This document shows, piece by piece, positions 39,301 through 49,300 of a stretch of 64,000 bases of DNA; the stretch's first letter is position 1; each line of letters opens with the position of its first letter. The translations under genes were made by a program, and so were the position numbers. The stretch spans positions 1 through 64,000 of the forward strand of contig JAUCBJ010004839.1 in the NCBI GenBank assembly GCA_032718475.1. The letters are read 5' to 3'. The stretch is from Nemertoderma westbladi (taxonomy: Eukaryota > Animalia > Xenacoelomorpha). Under the pieces are notes generated by a model. The model did no database searches. It had not been told where the DNA came from and saw nothing but the letters and a program-made list of their open reading frames with translations.

Positions 39301-39694
39301 GATCGTGTGACGTCCAATGGCAAGGTAGGCTCGCGAGTCTTCCACCCCATTCTTCCATCTCACCTTTCTCGAAAGCCTTGTAGGCTCTGTATAGGCTAAG
39401 AGCTTCTTTCTTTTCGCGGGTTGACTGATTTGCCTCGTCCCGCTTTCGTCCTTCTGGGCTCCTCCCGGAGGCGCACCCACGAGGCGGACGTGTTTCCACC
39501 ACCCCTGGGGCCAGTCCGACAGATGTTATTATCAGACCGGGCCGGAGGGTGGCCTGATGCTTCCCGGGTTCTGTTTTCGGTCCCCCGATCACACCAGCAC
39601 AGCTCGTCGAACGTGTAGCCAGATGGGCGGCTACTGTCAACTTACTGTGGCCTGACTGTACATTGAGCCAACTCAAAGTATAACAAAGAGTCAA
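36389..39694 (-). CDS. Cargo ORF: DEDDy 3'-5' exonuclease-like domain (WRN-exo/RNase D/EXD type) plus three Cys/His zinc knuckles; first ATGs at 39358 and 39283
   Basis: YMFYDNEG (ExoI), TIQIRAADGVLHVF, LPKMVRNMILDKTVVKVGSGVREDL (ExoII), YVDTRPL, YW...LQYYLAIE (ExoIII-like). Knuckles CSKCGVAGHHMTKC, CGWCGDQGSHTFYTC, CTYCNIKGHRASEC. RG/RS-rich tail. Confidence 0.75.
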   Translation of the reverse strand: MTLCYTLSWLNVQSGHSKLTVAAHLATRSTSCAGVIGGPKTEPGKHQATLRPGLIITSVGLAPGVVETRPPRGCASGRSPEGRKRDEANQSTREKKEALSLYRAYKAFEKGEMEEWGGRLASLPCHWTSHDQTSAKEMTPEVFESINFAQNVIQRLQIASPERTREMQPYSTSTTKPLSTTLNFPISIPVRQDTTYEIPIVDHPEIISNLEFLPAVVFSDMSKIYDLRRHITQKVVNNVPPHIQDFKELDRAGADIAPSNLKGYLTKTIRLWIGTGTFESDTDIAADWRGKVIRFDEDKDIEKIWQPSEELLDEWTRTFRSFQENGYMFYDNEGGSHQQSLTSKTIQIRAADGVLHVFSRQRSDKRMPIPPANTKRHHLITDIVKKMDQACNIDARMLPKMVRNMILDKTVVKVGSGVREDLISDFAGMTDSDDRLPTPYVDTRPLILWSIEQGYFREYNTQKTGTGYISYLLFNWDYKEGKRNKYIETYGEGDTPDMSEFESQLKWRGCVYWAITSPPRAVLQYYLAIESSVNVCLIADIVSRTLKRHPLCLGEDHTFYMEGRIRTDVFRRFLEPFYNSDAQCNAFTRAGFSIFRDVYLRCAGSLIERPSMFTLLPYEGERIVEITEESRQTRAPIGHLGDEFEVTTTIADDPLEELLEIERNLPKKSQTEIRQLESTDAIVCIQPSETYQPIDPDDYDYSMGGSARPIGDLIYERVWYPTNTMCSKCGVAGHHMTKCSGKHITTTQLICGWCGDQGSHTFYTCWRFMAQCTYCNIKGHRASECQLRDIPYEHESVKLVRKLFDEWEDLADEHVSAQRRRFPMRAHLGFWAVNPQTMMSEGYISAMPQYDELIEVVDILPHDSGIRVVREYLLQIHPDNKNTWNFQKVVNRITYGEFDRFRTEKRNKGAWLTVAWAYRAAFYHKRIRASVFEEEEVLEATNIPATPVAPSARHPREDGQGRIIRVQKVGQQLKKIINVEERKGAEPTIRVTRDTVSLPREPVGGSGHTPADQQGAQATLGSASSTSRAFPDVLPTVVTTDRSRGIGRGFGMPNRRICEEIVAPSLNVPSKPVTRPISPISRAKSPVRSFRGRGRARSTKR

Positions 39695-40610
39695 CCGGCA
39701 GGTGGACCAGTCGATAGCGATCGAGCACCAAGGTCGCCCTTGGGCCTAACCGACGGTCTTGTCCCATGTGGGCTTGCGCTACCCAACATGGAATTTTGAC
39801 TCGTTTTCACCTGCCTCGCCGGCAATATTGAGGGGAAGTAAGTTCCACAAACAATATTGACTAGCTCGAAAGCTAGGAACAAGTAACCACTTACCCGTCC
39901 TGTACACGTGTACTCAACAGATGTTCACGAAATCAAGTACACTACGGTAAACACAAATCTGACACATACCATGCACACACAGAGGACATAATCGGGTAAA
40001 GACAAAATCGGGGTCAAATCGGGAAAGACAAAATCAGAGGGGACAAAATTGTATCAACTCATAAAGAGTCGAGAGTACCTTATTTTACCGACAGGGTAAA
40101 ATAACTTTGTGTGCACAAAGTATGCTGGGGCGCAGTAAAGATATGGTCCTACTAATACCAGCGGCGTCTTGTCCAACTGGCAAGGGTTCCCATACCCACT
40201 CGCAGTGGCCACACATACAATCACGTGTACTCACGTACCTACAGCAACAGAAAGCCCAAAACCCGAACAAATCCCAAAGACCAATCAGCTGAACATGGAG
40301 ACAATAACATATAGTATCAAAAAAACGGAACAGCTGATGGCCAAAGGAACCCATCCAAGCCCCAAGCAAACTGCCACTGGTTGCTCACATACAAAACATA
40401 GTTCACGCCACATGAGCCACAAATCACGCCATGCCACCACCCCTACTGTGACTGGCAGTACGGCAACAGGCCGACTAGACGGTACCACGGCACCATGGCG
40501 ATTCATGGTTCGTTAGACACGAGGGCCTTCAGTGACTCCCTAGCACTATAGAACAAATTTAACGTGCCCCTAGACCCTCACGAGTCCGCCGCCGCCTGTT
40601 TACGCCACCC

Positions 40611-41309
40611 CTATAGAGACCTCACCTCTTTAGGTAGCGTAAGTTCAAATACATCGGGTTCAACAACCTTAGGTGGGTAAATGACAGTTTCTCCCGCCTT
40701 TGGTCCGGTCATAGCAAATGAATGATATGGATTCGATAAAGGATACCCTCCTTCCTGGTAGCGTAGTTGTTGATGATTCGAACACCTCGCCAATATCGGT
40801 TCGGGATTTTCCTTATTCAAACGCATCGGAATCGCATTTCGTTGTTCGCGCATACAAGAACCGCATTGATAATAAAGTTTATAAACTGAAAATGCTTCCT
40901 TGGTTTCTCTATCGTCCCCTCGAGTTCGTCTGTAAAGATGCATTCCATCGAATTCATCGCGTACCGCAGGCATAGGTTCATGCGCCTTTAGGTATTGCAT
41001 GGTATGATACAAACGACTAATTTCAGTATCGGGGTCTTCGCTAATGTCTCCCGTATCACACAAAGCATCGTACGGGTAAAGTTCGTTGAAGGTTTGACGC
41101 AAACTTTCGATTCTTTCGTTTAATGCGTTTTGTCTTCTCTTTAATACGTTCGAGTCATATTTAGTTCTCGCGAGTTTCGCTGTACTTTCCGATAATTCTT
41201 TTATACCGAATATAGTATAATCCTTGGCTCCAAATCTTTCGAATGGCGCTGCTGCCTCCTCTTGGATATCATATCCCCATCTCGGCTCTCCTTGTATCCC
41301 TTTCTCCAT
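40611..41309 (-). CDS. Cargo ORF, 232 aa, unknown function (helical N-half; CxxC...CxxH)
   Basis: Intact ATG-to-stop ORF on the element's sense strand between integrase and the exonuclease ORF. Confidence 0.6.
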   Translation of the reverse strand: MEKGIQGEPRWGYDIQEEAAAPFERFGAKDYTIFGIKELSESTAKLARTKYDSNVLKRRQNALNERIESLRQTFNELYPYDALCDTGDISEDPDTEISRLYHTMQYLKAHEPMPAVRDEFDGMHLYRRTRGDDRETKEAFSVYKLYYQCGSCMREQRNAIPMRLNKENPEPILARCSNHQQLRYQEGGYPLSNPYHSFAMTGPKAGETVIYPPKVVEPDVFELTLPKEVRSL

Positions 41310-41971
41310 AATTAGGGTGTAGTTACATAATCATTACTACTAGAGGGAATACAACAGAGTTTGTAGTTAGTTGTGAGGAGACGTGAGAGTTTCGTCTGCC
41401 CTTTGGGCTCGACAACGCTCTAACCTCCTACCCATAGCCTAAGATCTAGGGTTTCTTTAATGACACGCTGCTTCTTATCTAAAATTTTTTGCCGAAATAA
41501 AAACGAATTTGGGCTAAACTGGCCGTGAGTCTAAAATACTCACCTTTTGATCCCAAACTATTATCAGAAAATAAGCAGTCAAGAATTAGTAATAAATATA
41601 GGGGAGTCTATTTATTGACGTAACTTATTGAAACAAGACCGTGTAAAATTTAATTAAAAAATTTTTAAGAAAGGCTCGCAAGTCTTCCTCTCTTGTTTCT
41701 CTAATTTTAAGTTCCACCCGACTGTACCCTGAAATCTATTCACTGGAGAAAATTTTAAAATTTTTCAAATCCAAATGGATTGTCTAAAATTTCAAAAATG
41801 TCTCAATATTGTGAGTTCCAAGTAGAATTCCATTTCTTATACCTACAAATCCCGCTCCTATGTGACACATAAGGGTACTACCCTCAATGTTCACATATAA
41901 AGACAATGGAATTCTACCGCTGTCCTTACTACGGTGTACAGGTACGTGGAAATCTATTTGTAAACTCCTAA

Positions 41972-43318
41972 TTATTTACTAGTATTAGGTGGAGATTTGT
42001 AGTCTCCAGACTCGTTACGAGTCTCTTCAAGAAGTACGAGACGTTGAGTCGGTCTGTCTACTGTACGACCGTCAATTGTCCGTACCGTCGCAGTCCTTGT
42101 CACTCCATCCATAGATGGATGTGTGGCTAAAATGACACCTGTTATCCAGAAGCGTCTTTTTAGATTCACTTCTGCCAACAGCACGTGATCTCCCGGCTTT
42201 AATGCCCGGGTGTTATTGTACCATGTTGTTCTGGCAGAAATAGAGGGCAAATAATGGTTTTGCCATATTTCCCAGAATTTGTTACCCAGTAGTTGCGTGA
42301 TTTTCCACGCTTTTCTACCGTAACTGTCGCTTTCTATTGGAATAGAAATCGGCGTTAATGTCGTCGGTGCCTGCATAAGCAGGTGTGCCGGTGTTAAAGC
42401 AAACTGGGATTGTTTGTCATCGGGTACTAATACTATTGGTCTAGTATTTAGTATTGCCTCGATTTCAACAAACAATGTTGTCAGTTGGTCGTCTGTTAAT
42501 ATGTGGTTTACTGGAATGACCTTTGCCATGGCTGTCTTTATAGATCTAATCAATCTCTCCCAGACTCCGCCTCTCCAAGGACTATCTGGAGGATTAAACT
42601 TCCAAACAATCTTGTGAGGTTGTAGTTCGTTCGAGATTTGATCATGATCTAATTTCTTAAAGGCTCTAGCAATCTCATTCCGAGCACCAACAAAGTTTGT
42701 CCCTTGGTCTGAGTACAAGCATTTTACTAGTCCGCGTCTAGCGATAAATCGCCGCAGTGCTAGTATAAACGCGTTGGTGGAAAGATCCATCACACGTTCA
42801 ATGTGAACTGCCCTACTGGACATACATGTGAAAATCAGTCCCCAGCGTTTTACTAGTATGCGTCCACGTTTCGTATGTATGGGACCAAAGCAATCCATTC
42901 CAGTCTCTGTAAAAGGTGGTCTGAATGCTTGAAGACGTGCTTTTGGTAGTTCACTCATTTCTTGGGTACCTATTCTAGAATGTACCTTTTTACAAATAAT
43001 ACACGTACGTGTCACTGAACTTAATGCTTTACTGGGTCTAATTAATACAAATCTAGTACGTAAGTAGGAAAGACAGTGGTGTCTTCCAGCGTGTTTCAGA
43101 TGTAAATGTGCGTCCAGTATCATTGCACGTTGTAGTTCGTGATGTTGCGGTATTATTATTGGGTACCTAAAGTTTGTGTTAAAGTCAATATTTTGAAGCC
43201 GAGATTTATGACAAATTAAGCCATTATAAATTATCGGACTCCAACTCAGTATTGGTGACGACTTGATTGGTAGACCTTGATTTATAGATGTGAATTCGCG
43301 CGCGAAATATCGCAGTTG
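41972..43318 (-). CDS. Integrase portion of pol
   Basis: HLHLKHAG...CIICKK; GMDCFG; LYSDQGTNF; GGVWERLI; C-terminal GVTRTATVRT...RPTQRLVLLE. Confidence 0.9.
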   Translation of the reverse strand, partial: QLRYFAREFTSINQGLPIKSSPILSWSPIIYNGLICHKSRLQNIDFNTNFRYPIIIPQHHELQRAMILDAHLHLKHAGRHHCLSYLRTRFVLIRPSKALSSVTRTCIICKKVHSRIGTQEMSELPKARLQAFRPPFTETGMDCFGPIHTKRGRILVKRWGLIFTCMSSRAVHIERVMDLSTNAFILALRRFIARRGLVKCLYSDQGTNFVGARNEIARAFKKLDHDQISNELQPHKIVWKFNPPDSPWRGGVWERLIRSIKTAMAKVIPVNHILTDDQLTTLFVEIEAILNTRPIVLVPDDKQSQFALTPAHLLMQAPTTLTPISIPIESDSYGRKAWKITQLLGNKFWEIWQNHYLPSISARTTWYNNTRALKPGDHVLLAEVNLKRRFWITGVILATHPSMDGVTRTATVRTIDGRTVDRPTQRLVLLEETRNESGDYKSPPNTSK

Positions 43319-46300
43319 GTAATGGCAATTAACTTAATCTCACACCTGTCAATCTCAGCCAATGTAAGTCGACGTGTAAAGTCACGTTTGCCTTTAACGT
43401 ATTGTACAAAACGTACAATCCACGCTAATTTTCGGCAAGCGTTTGTCCAAGAGTCTGTTAAGTTTACAATACGGTCGACATGAGTATTTGTGACGTCATC
43501 AGGTAAGTCAATGGAGATTTTGGAAGGTTTTGAATTACTAGAAGGGCCCACGGGTCCGCCGGTAAGTATTCCCTTGTTGACTGTTGATCCGTCCGGGTCT
43601 ACAAGTAATTTGTCCTTCTTCGTCTTCTTACCTTGATTGTCAGTACTTTGTAAGTCGATCGTTAATGGTGGTTTGAACTCTATGGGGTCAGCAGGTTTCG
43701 GTAAACTTATTTTTCTGCCGACATTAATCCCAGGTCTCACCATAGGTTGCAAGTTCGGTATGTCTCTTGAGCGCAAAGTAACACCTGTATTTACATTAGC
43801 GTAGGTACTACCCACATCTGTAATACATGAGGTTTCACCGTGCTTATGGTTGCTCAAGTGTGTCAAAATTGGTAGTTTGTCAATACAAGGCCGCTCCAAT
43901 AGGGAAACTGCGGCTTTATTGTTAGTCGGTACATTACTAATGTCCGGTAGAACATTTTGTGATGTTTCTGACAAAATGTCTAGTCGACTGTCTAGTAATG
44001 TGTCTGGCGATACGTCTGGTAACGTATCTGGTTGTTTGTCAATAGAAGGCCGCTCCAATAGGGAAACTGCGGCTTTACTGTTTGTCAGTACGTCACTAGT
44101 GTCTGGTAGAACATTTTGTGATATGTCTGACAAAACGTCTGGTTGACCGTCTAGTAACGTGTCTGGTTGACCGTCTGGCGATATGTCTGGTGTAGAAAGG
44201 CTCGCAAGTCTTCCTCTCTTGACCTTTGAAGTTATATCTTTCCATTTCGCCTTCGGTTTTTTCTTGAGTTTCGCCGCCGTTGTCCTTTTCTTTGTCTTCC
44301 CCTTTTTTGGTTTCTTGATTTCGGCGTCCTTGGGAATGGTGTTGGACTTGTTGTCGTATAACGGAGGCCAGTCTTGTGTCGATTTCTGCAAGAATTGGGG
44401 TCCGTGTTGCCAAAATTCTTTGTTCTCCGGTTTACAGAATTCCTCAGGCATCATTCCTCGCGACGCAATATCAGCTGGGTTTTGTGGTCCGGGACAATGT
44501 CGCCAATCCCCTTTTATTGAACGGTCTAGAATTTCCGCGCGACGGTTAGCAACGAATGTCTTGAATTCAAGTGTGTCGTTGTTTATGTAAAATAAAACCA
44601 ACGTCGCGTCAGTCCAATAAAATATCTGTAAACTCGACTGTAGTTCTGTCTGTATGAGGTTCACGATGGTGGTTGACAGGGTTGCGGCTTGTAGCTCGGC
44701 TCGTGGTGTCGTCATATACTTAGTAGGCATAGTCTTAGCCTTAGAAGTAATGAGCGAAACATCGAACTCGTCTGATTCTACTTGTCTGCGTAAGTACGCT
44801 GCCACACCAAAACCGTTGTCACTGGCGTCAGAAAAACAGTGTAGTTCCAAGTTGTCAGGAAATGTACTTTGCAATGGAAAGTAAACCCTGGGTATGAAAT
44901 AATCCTCTAGCGAAGATAATTCCGCCTCCCAGGTCTTCCATAAGTCCACTTGGTCTGATGAGATCGGCTCGTCCCATGTTAGTCCATCTTTCCATATACT
45001 GCGCATATAAATGCGGGCTTGCAGTATCACTGGACTGATGAATCCTAACGGATCGAACAATCGGCTCAATTTTGACAAGCATGATCTCTTGGTCAGTGTG
45101 TTCCCTTGACTGTCCAGTCTCACCTTCACTCGAAAGTTGTCTGTGTTTGGGTCCCAAAAGAGCCCCAACACCTTAGTCGTCGGTAGTGGTTCGAACTCTA
45201 GGTCTATGTCACCTCCTCCACGCTCAGTAGTTCCGAATGAGTCTACTAATTCGGCACTGTTTGAGGCGAATTTGGTGAGGTTAAAACCTCCGCCCGCTAA
45301 GCAGTCCCGTAATTGATGTGCTACTGTTGTAGCACGTTCTACTGTGTCGCAACTCTGTAACTCTAGCGGCCTGCTTTAGGGCGTACATCGTACAATTTGG
45401 GCTGTCTCTGGCACCGAAAACGCGAACTTGCATTTGGTAAGTTGCCGGTGGTAGACTTAAATCTCCTTCCGGGTACCAGAGGAACCGCAAACTGTCTCTG
45501 TCTCGCTCTAACGCTTTTACTTGGTGAAACATCGCTTCAACGTCACAAGTAAAAGCTACTTGACGCTGACGGAAGCGCATAATCACCCCCATAAGATAAT
45601 TATTCATGTTCGGTCCATCCATCAACTCACTATTGAGGGACATTCCCTCAAACAGAGCCGCACAGTCATTGACTACACGTACTTTGTCTGGTTTGTCGGG
45701 ATGTCTCACATAGTGATGTGGCAGGTAGTATGTTTGGTCAGTCTCTATCTCTGGGTTAGTCATTCGGATAGCGTATCCTTTCGTCAAATACGTCTCCATC
45801 TGAGTGTTGTACTGCAGATGGGCTTTCTTGTCCTTTAATAGACGTTGCCGTATTGAGTGTAGACGTCTTAAAGCCAGTGGGTAGTTGTTTATAAGTTTAG
45901 GACTTTGGCTATGCCATAACATCCCTACCTCATAATGTCCGTCTTTCGTCTGGCGGATAGTATCTTCCATGATCTTCAGAGATTGTTTCTCCTGTTCCGA
46001 CATGCAAGGTTCGTAGCTACCAGGTTCAGCTGTATCTTGTTCTAACCACCTGATAGTCTTCTCCGTTAATTTTTTGTCCAAGGCGGCTTGTTCCAACTGA
46101 TGAATTTTCAACGCGTCATCGTCAATATCGACGGGCACTGTTGAGGTTATTGGGGTAGGTAGACTCGCAAGCCTATCATCTGTCGTCGATGGAATCTCTA
46201 GCTGTCTCGTCTTCTCCCCAAGTTCTAAACTCACCTTGTGGGTTAGCTGCTCCTTGTGACTTATCATACTAGTTACCCGTCTGTCATGTTTTGTCGACTG

Positions 46301-49300
46301 TAGCGTAGTATGGTTCACGTCGAGTGAAAAGGAATGAATTGAATTTGTAGTTAATAAACTACATGTACTCTGTACATCGTCTTCCTCGTCACTTACGTCT
46401 AGTGTGCGCACAGGCGCTCGAGTATACCACCCTATCGGCGTTCTGCAGGCGTATGCGTTTCCCGCTACAACTGCCGATGGTCTGGTTTCCCACACCTGAT
46501 GTAGGTTGAATTGGTCCGTCCCGATCAGCATTGCTACCGATCTATAATTGACAGGACATTCGGGTACACCAAGGTGTCTGAAATACTTACGGTCCTCCAG
46601 AGATTGTTCCGGCACTGGACCTAGTAGGTTACTAAAGTCCTTCGTGGCCGCAAAGGTTAGATCTCTAAAGGGCAACAAAGACCTCTCCCTCTCGCTGTGT
46701 TGCGATTTTGGAAGAAGAGAGTCTAAGTCCAACTTAACTCGTGTCACTGGTATTGCACGCTGTCCGTGCATACTACTTACTGTATAACTGACGTGCTTAC
46801 CTTGTTTTAGATCCGTCACAACGTCAGCTATCTTTTCGTCCACGTAGCTATGGGATGAGGCTGAATCTAGAATCGCATAGATCCTCTTGCTCCCTTTTGT
46901 GCCAGTAACCTTGATCGGGATTACACTGAACCCCTTCAGTTGATCAGTAGTCAGGAGCGCGATCGACGGTTGTTCGTCTCCATTGGAATATTCATCGTCG
47001 TCTTCTGATTCTTCGTCCGACGATCCGGATTGTTCTGAGAAGCAATCCTCAATATGGGTCACGAATGTTGGAGTCGTTTTTGATTCTCGTTTTCGGTAGG
47101 CCGCATCACATCTCGCTGCTGCTTCCGGGTGTTCCCTGGCGAAGCGTTTCGTCGGCGTGTGGCTGTCTGTGTGGAGCAGACCGTCGTGGTTGCGTCCACA
47201 GGATGGACAAGTGTCAGTATTTGGGCAATCCTTACGCACGTGTCCGTGTCGCGTACACCGCCAACAAGAGTCCAGTGGCCGTATCTGCAGCCGTCGTTCT
47301 TCCGAGTTCAACTCGCAAAATTGTCGACAACCTCGTAACTTGTGACCAATATACCGCTTACCTAGATGCTCGCAGTATTGGCAGCCGTTGAAGTCGGTGC
47401 TGAGTTGCTGTCTCGTCTGTTTCGTCCCAATGGGCGCAGATACTCTATTACCGTCTGAGAATTGTCGTGATTCCGTCGGTGTGGCGTAAGTGGCCGTCTT
47501 AGTGGATGTTGTCTGGGGTTTTTGTCGGTTAGAGGATGGCAGTATGATTCCTTCTGCCACGATGTGCTGGTCGGTGTAGTTAGATCGAGTTTCTACTACC
47601 GCCTCCCTGGATATTAAAAGGTACACATCTTCTAATTTTAAGAATCCTCCCCGCTCCTCTCGCTGGTATTCGACCTTCCTCCACTCCCAACGAAGTTGAT
47701 GGTGGAGTCGTCCTATTATCTTTAATAGGACTGTAGGGGTATTCCCGTAATCAAGTTGTCCAATTGATTTTAAGGTAGTGATAGCGTTCTTGATTTCGTC
47801 AGCTAGTTTTAGTAAGTCGACGGGTTTAGTGATAGCCCCTCCCTTACAGAGTTCCTCTATTACTGACCTGGCCATGCTCACTGTACCTCCGTATATCGAA
47901 GTTAAACGATCGTACGCTAGTTCGAAAGCGTCCGGTACACCGACGAAAGTCTCCGCCAAACGTTTAGGTTCTCCTGACAACGTTTGGAGCAAGTAATTGA
48001 ACTTCTCCCGTGATGTAAAGGCGCACACGGCGATCTGGGATTCGATATAGTTCGCCAGTGTTTTGAGCTACCGGAAAACTTCGGTGGTTGTTGTACCGGC
48101 AATCCCTGTCTGGCTGCGAATTTCGCTATCTCCTCGGCGACGTTCAAAGTTTCGCGTCCTTGGTTGGCAACCGGGTTGTTGTTCTCCCTTCTTGGCGCTT
48201 TTCTTTGATACGATGTGGGGTTTGAAGGTACCGGTCTTTGTGGTTCCTTCGGGTGTCTATTGTGTTCGAATTCGGAATTTCTCGAACTGTCGGTTTGAGC
48301 TTCCTCCAGACGTTCCTCGATCTGAGCCAACTTGTTGACAACTGGTCGCAGAATGTCGGCGAACTGTTGCGTACTAATTGCGTCCGTTGGTTGTAACGCC
48401 TTCTGTGTTGGTGTATTCTGTGGAGGATTGTCTACAAAGGAGTTGTCTGAACGCTCGCGTTTATATTCATCGGCCGCCCCTGTTCTAAATACCTCGCGTT
48501 TCGGGTAATCCGATTCGCTCGAAGTACTACTATCATCTGGATATGGTGGTCGACGTGCTCGCGTCCGTTGCGTCGTACTAATTCTAACGGTTCGTTTCGG
48601 AACATCGTCTCGCTTTCGTTGTTTGGTAGGCTCACAAGTCTTCCTCGAAGTCGTAGATTGCGATGTAAACTGGTTGAACGGTCGCGTATCCACTGTTCTC
48701 CGTTGTTCGGTAGGCTCACAAGTCTTCCTCGAAGTCGTAGATTGCGATGTAAACTGAACCGGTGGTCGGACGACAGCGTTTGAATCAACTGGCCTTGTAG
48801 GTCAAAACGTCATTGGGTAAGCGTAGTGGGTAACGGGTTTAGGTGTCGACGGTGGACTCACCTGTTTTGTCGTCAGTAGCGCAGGTCCGGTCAATAAACT
48901 ACTACGATCCGTAATCGGTGGGTTACTTACCTTGCCTTTCGGAATGGGCGACGACGTTGCTCTTGAAGGTATAAGCTTGTCCGGAATAACAAACCTGTGT
49001 TCCGTCATACCGTGGATAGGAGAAATATCACTACTACCCGCAATCGAAACAGGTTCCTTTGTCATAACCGGTGCAAACATATGAGTTACCTGTGGGAATC
49101 GTTGACACACGTCTTTTACTAATTGTCGTTCCCGTCCGGGTGCTCCTACGCTTCCTTCCTTCTTCCGTTCCTGAATTTGGCGATGTCTTACCTCTAACTG
49201 GTCCAAATCATGTCCGTCACGAGATCTCATCGATCGATCGCGGGCCTTTTGATCCAGATCTTCCTCAGCGTTCGCTAATTCTCTCGCCTTCTTCTCAAGT

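Noticed and set aside
36389-39694. env gene
   Set aside because: No evident signal peptide, transmembrane helix or fusion-protein pattern; has nuclease-like and zinc-knuckle motifs instead
39280-40516. Small overlapping ORFs between the two cargo genes
   Set aside because: Short, on both strands, no motifs; may hide a spliced 5' exon but this cannot be supported from the sequence
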